The notes under the pieces: generated by a model
Database searches by the model: none
Told to the model about the DNA's origin: nothing
The model's input: only the letters and a program-made list of their open reading frames with translations
Shown: piece by piece, positions 12,081-23,870 of the stretch
Numbering within the stretch: position 1 is the first letter of the stretch
Layout: each line of letters starts with the position of its first letter
NCBI GenBank assembly: GCA_028534125.1
Contig: CM052817.1
Location: 22,384,001 to 22,448,000, forward strand
Reading direction: 5' to 3'
DNA length: 64,000 nucleotides
DNA from: Lama glama
Lineage: Eukaryota
Translations under genes and position numbers: made by a program

Positions 12081-14029
12081 CACGCGTGCTTTCACATTCT
12101 GTATTTAATTTTACGGACTCCCTGCTTGAGGGTATTAAGTGACTTGCGTATGGAGATCGAGGCAGGAGAATGGCCACGAAGGCTGTGGGTGAGGAGGAAA
12201 TGAAAACGCGCCCGGACGTAGGGGGATGAGCTTTGGAAAGAGAGGCAAGAATTCGTCTCAAACACATTTCTCTTACATCACAATATTTCTGAAAATCAAC
12301 CTTGCCTATATCTGAAAGTCACACACCTGTTTAAAATGTTTCTCAGAGGAGCAGTTTGTCACCCTGAAATATTTCATGTGAGAATTGGGAGAGAAAGACA
12401 ACACACAGCATGAAAAAGTCATAGAATTCAATCTCACTGTGAAAGAGAATATATGCATTTTTCCCTTCGGAGTCAGGGAGCCCTCAGTCTTTTTTACTTT
12501 ATCTTTGCTTGTCTTATTTCATTCTTCCAATGTCTCCCCTTTGTTTTTTAAAACTATCTGCTTCTTTTTTCCTTTTCCTTTTTTTTTTTTTTGAAAATCT
12601 ACCTTCCTATTTTCTACATCCCTGTGGAGTATTAGCAAGAACAGTGTGATGTATTAATCTTAGCAAATGGAAACATATATGCAGGCACTGGAAATTTGTC
12701 CTGATGCTGATAAAATGCTAAGCTGTGACTGATTAATGACCTTTGGGATTGTGTCTGTGTTCACATATTCAGTGTGTAAGTGGTTGTGGAGATCAATCTT
12801 TTGAGATTGTTTTTATATTCCATGTGAACAAGAAAATAAACTCCCGGTCCCAGAGGTTGCATAATGCAAATATTATTCTGATTCTCACTTTCTAATGTGA
12901 AAGTTGTTTTGTTCAGGATAATTTCTGACATTGGAGCAAAATAAACTTTGGGTCTTGCCACTGTCTGGAATTAATAGAAACATATCACCAAGGTCAACAT
13001 TTTTACATATATAAAATTTTACGTATATAAATTGAAGCAAAAATTGTTCTTCTCCCACTGAGAACAGAGAGCTTTAGTGTATGGAATTTAAAATAAACTT
13101 TTCTTTACCAGAAATATATAGTGAATTTCATTTGTAAGAGTGAAACAACAGTAGAAAGCTTAGTTATAATATATAGCATGCCAGAGGCGGTAGCTCAGAT
13201 CACAGAATCCTACAAAGTTAGAGCTGGCAGTCGTATTACCACTCACCTTTCCCTGCAAGTGAGCTTGCTCTGTCTGGCTGTATGAGTGCACTGGACAGGT
13301 CTCGGGTTGGTAGATTCAGTCCTAAGATGCAGGTAAAAATGGATCTGAATAACATGGTTATCTGAAACCTGAGTTGCAAAAAAACAGTATTGAAAACACT
13401 AGGACACATTTGGCATCATGAGGGAAAGGATTCTACAGGAAAATAGGCAATTGATGGGTCAGGATTGTTAATGGAGTCTGAATCTTTGGAGTCCAAAAGA
13501 AGAGCTGAACAGAAAGTTTTAGTTTTATTGTGTAGTTCAGCCAATTGGAAGCCTGAGGGGTTACTGGAAGGAGGCTGGAGATAGAGGCATTCACATCAGA
13601 TAATTTGTCTCTGAGCTGAAAACTCCTTTGTTTGCTGTGGCAGCTGCATGTTAACTGTAAGTTTCATCTTACACAGCTCCTTCCTTAGAAGGAGGCTGTA
13701 GTGGTGCTTAATTCCGGCTCCTTGCTATGACCTCCTTAAACCAGAGTGACACACCCCAAGCAATATGCATAGTGAAGTTGCCAAAATTGCTGGAGGGATG
13801 CAGAATCTGATTCAACTGCAACATACTGGTATTTATTTCAAATTTAACTTTAGTCCATTTAAAGGCTCTAAATAGATTTCTTCTGAAATTTCTTCTTCCC
13901 ATAACAAGAAATTCTTTCAGATATAGCAAAGACACTATTGATTTCCTCTACCTATTCTTGTCTGATTTGATAAAAATTAACATTACCAAAATATAACTCC
14001 TAATTATTTTTCTTTCTTCAGGTATGATT

Positions 14030-14760
14030 TTTTCCTAATTGTTCATGTTCTGACAATGGCACCATCACATGTTCAGACGATCAATTCTTCATTTCCTATC
14101 CCTACCTATATTATAATCAGAAAGTCCTGTGGCTCTACTATCAAAATGAAGTTTAAATTCCTTGCTCCATCACCAGCATCCTCTTTCTACCATCATCTTT
14201 CACTTGTACTTAAGAAGTAGCATCCTACCTTATCTCCGTACTTCTGAGCTCTCCCTCTCTCAATGCATTCTCCAAATAGTAGCCAGCTATCTACTTAACA
14301 TGCTGATCACAGCACATCCTTCCTTCATTAAATACCTCTAATAGTCTCTCATTACTCTTCAAACTCTAAACTCTTTGCTATGGCCAACATAAACCTGCCT
14401 GATATGCTTCTGTTTAAGCCTCTGACCTTCTTCCTCACAAACTTTCTTCCTCTCTGATCTTTCACCTCCTATTAATTTTCCAGTTTATTAATTATTTGGG
14501 AACCATTTGTCATTTCCTTTGTCTAGAATACTTTAGGCCCAGAACGTCTAATTTCTTCTTCCTCAGAAGGTAGCGTGATTTCCATGTGTCACTCAGAAAG
14601 ACCTTCCTTGACTTATCTGAAATAAGTCCCTCCCAACTGAGTTACTGCTTATCCCCTTTTTAATACTTTATTTTCTTCTTGATACTTAGTGTTATCTGAA
14701 ATGGTTCCAAGTTCACTTGCTCCTGAATTTATCATTCTTATAGCCATGTTGAAACTAACC
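14030..14760 (+). mobile_element. L2 fragment
   Basis: atggcaccatc...aaagtcctgtggctctac...ccatcatctttcacttg...tgatcacagcac...cactcagaaagaccttccttgac. Confidence 0.7.
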
Positions 14761-14774
14761 CACCAAAGCTAACA

Positions 14775-14808
14775 TTTCTTTTCTTTTCTTTTTTCTTTTT
14801 TCTCTTCT

Positions 14809-14888
<80 letters not shown>

Positions 14889-14900
14889 TCCTTTCTTTCT
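14775..14900. repeat. (TTTC)n tetranucleotide microsatellite with pyrimidine-rich flanks
   Basis: Long perfect tttc run from about 14811 to 14890; explains the KKER-repeat ORF at 14738-14920. Confidence 0.97.
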
Positions 14901-15329
14901 ATTTTATTGTCCTGTATCACTTAGGTGCTTAGAGACAGATGGCACATTCAAAATGAGTAGTGGGTTTGGGTTTAGGGACAAGAACAGTGAAGTGTACCAG
15001 CAGTAGTCATAGCTGAATCACTTACCTCCATTGCATCTGAAGGTGCAAAAAGTAGGGTAGAAATGGTCATTATTACAGAAATGGTAGATGTTCAGAAAGG
15101 ACCACATGAGAGGATTTGTTGCTTTGGGTCAATAGACTCAGCAACCCAGCAGGATCTTATGGTGAGGAGGGCAATAAACACTTCAGTGTTATTTCTTTCC
15201 ATATTTTGTTTCATTCTCAGAATCAAACTTAAACTCATCATTTTTAATTTTTTTTTAAAAAAAAGCATCCTCCACTACCAAGCAACTTGAAGTTTTCTGC
15301 ATTAACCAGTCAAGTCCACTAGGACAACC

Positions 15330-15413
15330 TTTACCAGAATACTAAATGCTTCCATGTTGCCAAATCTAATGATTACTTCTTTGTTCTCATTCTCAACTTC
15401 TCAACAGCATTTG
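15330..15413 (+). mobile_element. L2 fragment
   Basis: ccatgttgccaaatctaatg...cttctcaacagcatttg, typical of the L2 RT region. Confidence 0.65.
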
Positions 15414-15420
15414 TTATAGA

Positions 15421-15486
15421 ACAAGAGGGGAAGCATGGAGATCTGGTAGAAATAAATTGCAATAATCCAACCAAGAGTTGATAGTC
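15421..15486 (-). mobile_element. L2 fragment, opposite orientation to its neighbour
   Basis: aagagggggaagcatggagatctggtag...ttgcaataatccaaccaagagttgatagt resembles antisense L2. Confidence 0.55.
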
Positions 15487-16920
15487 TCTTTAATATATGG
15501 TTTTGGGGAATGTAGACAGCCACATGCAAAAGAATAAAACTGGACCATTATCTTACAGCACACACAAAAATCAACTCAAAATGGATTAAAGAGTTGAATG
15601 TAAGACTGGAAACCATCAAACTCCTAGAAGGAAGCATTGGTAGTAAGCTCCTTTATATTGGTCTTGGTAATCATGTTTGTATTTGGCACAAAAAAACAAA
15701 GTCAACAAAAGAAAAAAAAAGTGGACTACATTAAACTAAATGCTTCTAAACAGCAAAGGAAACCATCAACAAAATGAAAAGACAACCTACCAGATGGGAG
15801 AAAATATTTGCAAATTATATATCTGATAAGGGGTTAACGTTCAAAAAATATAAAGAGCTCATACAACTCAATAGCAAAAAAGCAAAATATCCAATTAAAA
15901 AATGGTCAGAGGACCTGAATAGACATTTTTCCAAAGACATATAGATAGGCAACAGGTACATGAAAAGGTGCTCTGTATCACAAATCACCAGGGAAATGCA
16001 AATCAAAGCCACAATGAGGTGTCACCTTCCATCTGCCAGAATGGCTACTATCAAAGAGCTAAGCAATAGCTCTCTTTGAGGAGGAAATGGAGAAAATGAA
16101 CTTTGTGCACAGTTTGTGGGAATGTAAGTTGATACGGGGGCTATGGAAAACAGTATGAAGTTTCCTCAAAAAATTAAAAATAGAACTACCATATGATCCA
16201 GCAATTCCACTTTTGGGTATTTATTTGAAAGAGGTGAAAACACTAACTCAGGAAGACATCTGTACCCCCATATTAACTGCAACATTATTTACGATAGCCA
16301 AGATTTGGGAACAATCTTTGTCTTTAGATGGATAAATGGATTAAAAATGTTAAATTAAATGTTTAAAAATAATATATATATTATTCAGTCATAAAAAAGA
16401 ATGACATCTTACAATTTGCAACAATATGAGTGGACCTTGAGGACATTATGCTAAATGAAATAATTTAGAAAGAGAAAGACAAATACTGTATGATATCATT
16501 TATATGTGGAATCTTAAAAAAAGAAATAAAAAACCCTCTGAATACACAGAGAACAGATTTGTGGTTGCCAGAGGCAGGCATTGTGGGCTAGGCAAAAATG
16601 GGTGATGGCAATCAAAAAACACAAACCAAACTTTCAGGTATAAAATAAATAAGTCCTGGGGATGTAATGTATAACATAGTGACTATAATTAATGATACTG
16701 TATTATGTATTTAAAAACTGCTAGGAGACTTATCGTAAATGTTCTCATCACAAGAAAAAAAATGTAGTTATACACGGTGATGGATGTTAACCAGACCTAT
16801 GAGGATAATCATTTCACAATACATGCAAATATCATATCCTTACGTTGTACATCTGAAATGAATATATTATTTAATATATCTAATATATTATATGTCAATA
16901 TAACTCAATTTAAAAAAGAA
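15487..16920 (+). mobile_element. 5'-truncated L1 (L1MA-type): ORF2 C-terminus and 3' UTR
   Basis: aaaatcaactcaaaatggattaaag; ctaccatatgatccagcaattccact; L1MA-style 3' UTR ending aactcaatttaaaaaagaa. Confidence 0.93.
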
Positions 16921-17428
16921 ACAACTTATTTTTGTATGTTAATTTTGTACCTATAACTTTTACTAAAATTTTTATTATTCCCAACAGTTTTTTGGTAGAG
17001 TCTTTAGGGTTTTCTATATATAAGATCATGTGACCAGGAAGTGGAGATAATTTTATTTCTTCCTTTTTGATTTGGATAGCTTGTATTTCTTTTTCTTGCC
17101 TAATTGCTCTAGCTAGTACTTCAGGTACTATGTTAAATAGGAATAATGAGAATGGACATCTTTATTTTGGTCCTTATCTTACAGGACAGGCTTTTAGCTT
17201 TTCATCATTGAGTATGATGTTAGCTGGCGGCTTGATTCATACGGCTTTTATTATGTTGAGTTATATTTGTTCTACACCTAATTTGTTGAGAGTATTTTTT
17301 TTCATGGAGGTATCAGTATTTTGTCCAATGTTTTTTCTGCTTCTACTGAGATGATATAATTTTTTTATCCTTCATTTGTGTTAATGTGGTATATCACATT
17401 TATTGATTTGTATATATTGAATCATTAT
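16921..17428 (-). mobile_element. L1 ORF2 RT-region fragment
   Basis: gagtctttagggttttctatatataagatcatgt; tttcttttcttgcctaattgctctagctag; agtatgatgttagctg. Confidence 0.9.
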
Positions 17429-18164
17429 CAATAAAAACTGAGGTTCAGTAGGACTCAGCTGTCTATAACAATTTGTCTCATAGACAAAAATCATTTTGTA
17501 ATGAGAGTTGAAGTCAACAGAGTCAATTTAACTGACTATATAGAGAACACCTCCCCCCACCCTTTTTTTCTTGGGAGAATATCTTAGAAAACACCTCTCA
17601 TTTTTGCGTCTTTAGAGTATATCACATACATCTACTCTAACCCATAATTTATTGATGTTAAAGTTTAACTCAGTTAAACATTCTTAATTTCCTAGTTATT
17701 TGTGGTGATCTTTACCTCCTTAACTACTTTTACTCCCTTACAATTGTGTTTGATCTTCTAATTGCACTTCATGGACCTGGGGGTTTCCCAGCAGAGGATA
17801 TTAGAGTCCCTTTTTATGATGTTACCAATCACATCTTTATCTATGTTCAATACTTTGTACTGAAAACTTTAAATGCTGTGGTTTTGTGTAGATTTCTACT
17901 ACTAAGGACAGAAGTAAATGTGTTTCCATATACTTAGGCTTGCTTGTTTGCAGTCCTTATGTAATATGGTAAATTAGAGTGATATTTCACTTTATAATAT
18001 TTTGTAAATATGTAAATACAATAAACAGCTACTACTTGCATTCAAATGGGAAAAATTGTAGTGCACATTAAAATTTGAAGTTTATCTTAGCACTGTTAAT
18101 CTCTCCTACATCACTTAAAGGTACTTGTATATTTCACTTAAGAGCATTAATATTTTTCATGTTT

Positions 18165-18435
18165 GGAATGTTATAGTTTGGCATAATTTAAACCCCTGAC
18201 TAGTATTAGTATGTTGATGAAATGCTTGGGTTTTGAAATTAAATAAATCTGAGTATAGATGCTGACTTTGACCTTTTCATGTAAATAAGAGTTTACTTTT
18301 CTCATCTTCAGTTTTACTTAATAAAAATAATAGTATCCTAATGACCATTTTAAAATTAAGAAGCTAATTTTTTAAATTATTAGTTTAAATAAAAGGCTAT
18401 GATAGAGACACAAATAATGGTACTATAATTATTAT
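18165..18435 (+). mobile_element. MIR SINE, degenerate
   Basis: gatgctgactttgacc...ttcagttttactta..aaaataatagtatc. Confidence 0.45.
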
Positions 18436-19284
18436 TAATGAAAAATAATTAATCATGTATTTTTATTCCTTAAGATTAATTAGATATTTTGAATAAAAAC
18501 CCAGAGAATCTAAGGGCATTATAATAATTGATGTCAAAACTAAGTGAAAATCAATTTGAGATGTTTCAGAATCAATATGAAATTAATTATACATCACATT
18601 AAACAATGGTTTGAAGACTTTATCTAAGCTACTTTATTAGAATTTAAATTTTCACTGTCTATTTTAGTTAAATGATCACAGTTACTTCACATACTTAAGT
18701 GATTCTTGCATGTGAGCTACTGTTTCCTTTTCATTTTAATCCATCTTTCTTCGGCCATGCTTCTTATCATTAGAGGCAAAGGGATTCAGCTACACTCATT
18801 CTGGTTGCTTTTCAACTATTAATGTGCAAAGATTTGAACCATTCTTCTTTCTTTTAAGTCACTTCCAATGAGCTAACTGATCACTATCTCAATCCTCACC
18901 ATACTTGTAGCTAATATCTCAAAATTTAATGTTTAATTGTTCAATAATTACTTCATGTAAGATAGTTTTATCTATCTTTATGTAGATGAATATTTTGTCA
19001 GTTCTCACAGTCATACACTCCTAACAGAGTGTCTAATACATTGCTATTTACATTATCATTGTTGTATATGTGATTTGAATAGAAATGCATTAAATATGCA
19101 GCGATTTTAAGCTCTTACTTCCTAGTTATCATGTCATTAAAAATGAAAAATCCTCAGAGTTAAAGTCACATGAATATATTATCAAATTATTATTTTTACT
19201 GAAATCAATGTATGGAATACAACTCTACAGAATAGTCCTTCTCAGTTGAGAGATGGAGTGAGATTGCATTTCCCAATTGAGGAA

Positions 19285-19914
19285 TGTCTTACACTGAGTT
19301 CCTAGAGAACAAGTCTGAAGCAAAAGCTTGTGAGCTAACACTTTATTAGAAGTGCAATTCCTGGGAACTGGCAGTCAAAGCAAAAAGGCGGTGAGGCATG
19401 AAGACAGCAAATGCAAGAGTTACAGAACCCAACACAGGTTTGAAACAAATACTCGTGGGGGCTAAGTCATGTGGGGTGTCTCTAGAGATGTCAATAAGAT
19501 ACTAATCCATCTTGGGACAGTCCTTGGTGGCAGGAAGAACAAAGAATTTATCTGATGGCTTCTGCTTGACTTGTGTCTTTAACTGATCAAATACTATCCA
19601 AGGAATAAATGACTCGCCCACATCTCTAGGCTGCATTACCTGGCTCTCTGGGCACCACTGGGAAGCCATAATTCCAGCAGGTACAATGTTGCTGTTGTGC
19701 AGGGTTAGCAGTCTTTCACTGAAGTCTCTAGGAGTATAAAACTTAAATCTGTACAGAAGGTGGCTTAGACTCTATGGAGAGGGGATAGTTGCTGTGACAG
19801 TATGTGCCATCACTGGGGTCATATCTGCTGTTCCAGGAAGCTAGAAAGCGACTGTAGCCTGGGGAGCTGGTGGAACTGAGCAGATCTGGGAGGCACAAAT
19901 CTTGGTTCCAATAC
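19285..19914 (-). mobile_element. Ancient ERVL-class solo LTR (LTR33/LTR41-like)
   Basis: Starts tgtcttacactgagttcctagagaacaagtctgaagcaaaagcttg...actttattag (antisense poly(A) signal); ends ...aataca. Confidence 0.55.
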
Positions 19915-21187
19915 AGTGAATATGCCTCTTGGAACATATATACTTTGCAAATGAATTTCTAATATAATTGTTTTCTAAATAAAAGCAACTGAAATTAATA
20001 TTCAACTAAATATTACCTAAAAACAATGTAGAAAATAAGGGAAAATGAAAGAAAGAAATTTCCATCAAAATTTCCACAAAACTATCTGATTTAATTGATA
20101 TTAAGTAATCTGTATTGTAATCATTCCTTATATCTGAAAATTAAAAATCTATGTGATAATTATAAAACACTTACAATTACATGTAATTAGATCTCTCCAA
20201 CTTACATATAGAATTTTATATATTCAATAATTTTTAAATAACAATCAAGAAAATTTAGGAGTATCATACAGATGAAGATCCCATCCAGTGTTCTTGAAGA
20301 GAAATTTAAATACACAAATTCAAGGACATTTAATTAGATAATCATTTTCTGCTCTCTATATTTGCACAAATAGTAAATATATTATTCTGATTAGTATTTT
20401 ATAAATGACTATTTATGCACATACCACAAAAAATGACTAGCAAAATGCACTGTATTATTATTATTAGCCTATTATTTAGAAGAACTTCATGGAAACCGTG
20501 GTTGGGAATCTACCAACATAACGTATCACACAGGGGAAACAACCTTATTAATGAGTTGGCCTGTTGGTCATCAGTGGCCTCTAGCTTTTATATTTTATCA
20601 ACAGAATTTAAATGAAGTTGCATCCGTCTCATGCAGTTCAATTTTTCCTTCTCTAATGAAGTTTTGCTGCATTAAAATACATAATTAATATGATTTAGTA
20701 ATTAATTGAAATAACTCTTGCTTGAGAAGAAGGAAGGCATAGATATGTAATCTACCAGTTACAGAAGACTTTTATAACCACATCTTCAAAAATCATGATA
20801 GTATTAGCTAATTTGAGATTTTCTTTCCTTTTTTATGTACCTTTTTCATGGTGAAGATGATGATGAATTGTAAAATGGCCTAAAGTTAAGAAGATGAAGA
20901 AGAAAGCAATGAATCAAAAATCATGAATATTTGCAAGCCAAATAATAGATCACTAGAGAATTTCCATTTATATTATGAAGAAACTGCAAAAAAAATCTTT
21001 GCCTTTTTTAGTGTGAAATTATCTATTTATTTGTTTTAATTTTATTTTTATTTAGAGCATTTAATTTTAATTTAATTAAGAATTTAGTTATATTTTCCTA
21101 AAGGAAATCCCAGACTTCTTATTTCTTAATTTTCTCAAGTACATTATTAAGTTAGGCTGCATTACCAAGAATTTTTTCAGAGGATTC

Positions 21188-21822
21188 TGTGATGGTCAAT
21201 TTTATGTGTTAACTGGAGAAGGACAAGAAGTGCCCAGATACTTGGTTAAACATGATTTCTGGGTATGTCTGTGAGAGTGTTTCCAGATGGAATTAGCATT
21301 TTAATTGGTAGACTGAGCAAAGCAGATTGCTGTTCTCAATGTGGGTGGGCCTCATACAATCTGCTAAGATATTGTGACTAGAATAAAAAGGTGATGGAAG
21401 GAAGAATCTGCCCTCTTTCTGACTGCGTGAACTGGGACCTTCTCCTGCATTTAGACTGAGACTTAACCTTTGGCTCCCCCGGATCTTGGGCCTTTGGACT
21501 CTGTCTGGGACTTACATCATTAACTCTGTTGGTTCTCAGGCATTTAGGCATGGACTGAAACTAAACTATCTAGTTTTTGTGGCTTCATTTACAGCCTCCA
21601 TATTCATATGAGCCAATTTCTTACGAAAAATATCTCTCTCCATGTTGATAGATAGATAGACAGAAGATATATACATACACACACACACACATGATCTTAT
21701 ATCTATCTATAAGATATAAGATCATATATATCTTATAGACAGATAAAAGATTTTATACACACACACACACACACCTGAATATATATATATTCTCTTTCTC
21801 TGACAAACCCTGACAAATATCA
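21188..21822 (+). mobile_element. MLT2-type 5' LTR of an ERV-L provirus
   Basis: TGTGATGGTCAATTTTATGTG start; gcagattgc...aatgtgggtgggcctcat; internal microsatellite; ends ...aaccctgacaaata. Confidence 0.92.
21646..21790. repeat. Compound (GATA)/(CA)/(TA) microsatellite with internal inverted repeats
   Basis: Direct reading; lies at the usual microsatellite-prone position of MLT2 LTRs. Confidence 0.9.
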
Positions 21823-21899
21823 ATTTGGGGACTGAGAGTAGTTCTAGAAGAACAGAATTTAAAGATAAGTTTTCAGAACTGGCCTGGGGGTTTTGGAAT

Positions 21900-23480
21900 T
21901 GAAAATCTAATTAGGTTTAAAGATGGTAAGGATTCTATTTATAGTAATAAGGGGGTAGTGATAGTTCACATTGTGAACTGGCAGAACTGGCAGATATATA
22001 CAAAATATGTGCATTGGCTACTCCTAATTAACCACTTATAAGAAACAAGAAGCTGGGTGACTGTGCAAGACACCTTTGAACATTTTGGGAAAACTGACTA
22101 ATATAATGGGGTTGGCTGGATATTTCTAACGTTGTTAGACAGAGTGAAGAAGAAAAAGGATGAGCTCAGGGATCTGAACTCCCAATCAAGTACCATGTAA
22201 ATAACTTTAATGAATGTGCCCTGGAGACCCTTATTTCCTTTAGCTGCAGGGCTGAGATTGCTGAGAATCAAGCATAGAACAGACACTCATAATTAAAATG
22301 CAAATTGAACTCTCGAACTCCCAGGGTCTCTACTACTAAAGTGAGGGCACTGGTTGGGACAGAACGGAATCCTGTGAGTTAGAACGGAGACATGACCCTG
22401 ACAAAGCTGGGGATGCTGAAGCCCTAAATATTGGTGAGTCCCCTTCGCCAGTGGAAGTGGCCTCCCCAGCTGCAGAGGTATTGCCCTTTCCTTCCCCATC
22501 TGAAAGGATTCACTCTGTGTTGCCCGAGGAAAGTATAATGTTTACACCTAAAGCAATTGTGAGACATGCTGATTCTCCTCAGGACCCACTCCCACTACCC
22601 TCTGCTTCTAGACCTATAACTGAACACAAAACCCAACAGGCCCCTAAAGTGAAGTACAAAGTGTAACTCATGAGGAGGTGAGCTACACTCCAAAAGAACT
22701 ACTGTATATAGACAGAAATCTGGAAAAAAATGTGTAGGAATGGATACTAAGAATATGGAATCATAGCAGAAGGAACACAAAGTTGGATCAGGTCAAATTT
22801 ACTGATACGGGCTCACTAAGCAGAGAGTCTATGCTTAACAGTTTGTCTGGTTGGCTGAAACATGGACCAGATGCTGACCCGTAGACTTCAAGTTTGAAAT
22901 GCTAGACCTGTCATAGTTTAAAGCAAAGAATTCAAAGGCTTAGGGAGATTGGAAGGTTAGAGTGGATTGGTCATTTAAGACCTACTCACCCACACTGGGA
23001 GGGTACAGACGACATAAGTTGCACCGATAACATGAGAAATTAATTTTTAAGTGTTGTCAAAGCACCCTTGAAGGGCTCTTTGATCACTCTTCTCTGTCGG
23101 CCAGATGTTACAGCAGGCACTAAATTGGTAAACCTAAATGCATGGAGAGTCATTGGATCTGGTGGTGGCAGGGACCACCAAAGGCAAGGTAAGCATGGTT
23201 ACCATGATGGACAATAGAGTCAAAGCAGCACTCAGAACATTCTGACTTCTACAGACCCATGGCACTGGCTAGTTGTTCATGCGGCACCTCGAGGTTTAAA
23301 TAGATAAAAAATCTACCAAAATCTGACCAGGTCTGTATAAGCAGAAAAATTATAGGTCAAGAGAAAGAAAAGTCTAACCTGAATTATACAAACTGAATCA
23401 CAACTACTCAATCAATTCTCAGACTTGAGTCAATTTACAGATTCAAAACCCCTTAAATGAAGGGAAGGACCCTGGTATAC
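21900..23480 (+). pseudogene. gag: Degenerate ERV-L gag
   Basis: Lies between leader and protease; ORF 22451-22666 contains DSPQDPLPLPSASRPIT...QQAPK, typical of ERV-L Gag; many stops and frameshifts. Confidence 0.75.
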
Positions 23481-23519
23481 TTTCAAAAATGTATACTGTT
23501 AATCTTTCTCTCAACCTTC

Positions 23520-23870
23520 CCCAAAGGGACCTATGGGCTTTTGCCAGAGTAACTGAGTTCACTGAGGAAAAGGAAATAGTCAGACCTTTCAGGGACTACT
23601 GGACGCTGGCTCTGAACTGATGTCAATTCCGTGAGACCTAAACCTTCACTGTGGTCCACTGTCAAAGTAGGGGCTTATGAACGTCAGGTGATGAATGGAA
23701 TTTTTACTCAGTTCCCTCTCCCATTGGGCCCAGTGGTTTTCTGAACCCATCCTGCTGTAATTTCCCCAGGTCCAGAATGCATAGCTGGAATAGATACAGT
23801 TATCAACTGACAGCATCCCCACTCTGGTTTCCTGGCCTGTAGAATGAGGGAGATTATGGAGGGAAAGATC
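23520..23870 (+). pseudogene. pro: Degenerate ERV-L aspartic protease
   Basis: 23581-23631 translates QTFQGLLDAGSELMSIP then a stop (ERV-L LLDTGSEL motif with T>A). Confidence 0.85.

Noticed and set aside
11857..12267. 136-aa ORF over the CpG cluster
   Set aside because: Largely inside an LTR16-like LTR, non-ATG start, no domain; local GC richness explains the lack of stops
13300..13620. Possible L3/CR1 remnant
   Set aside because: Similarity too weak to support by eye
14738..14920. Lys/Glu/Arg-rich ORF
   Set aside because: Translation of the (TTTC)n microsatellite
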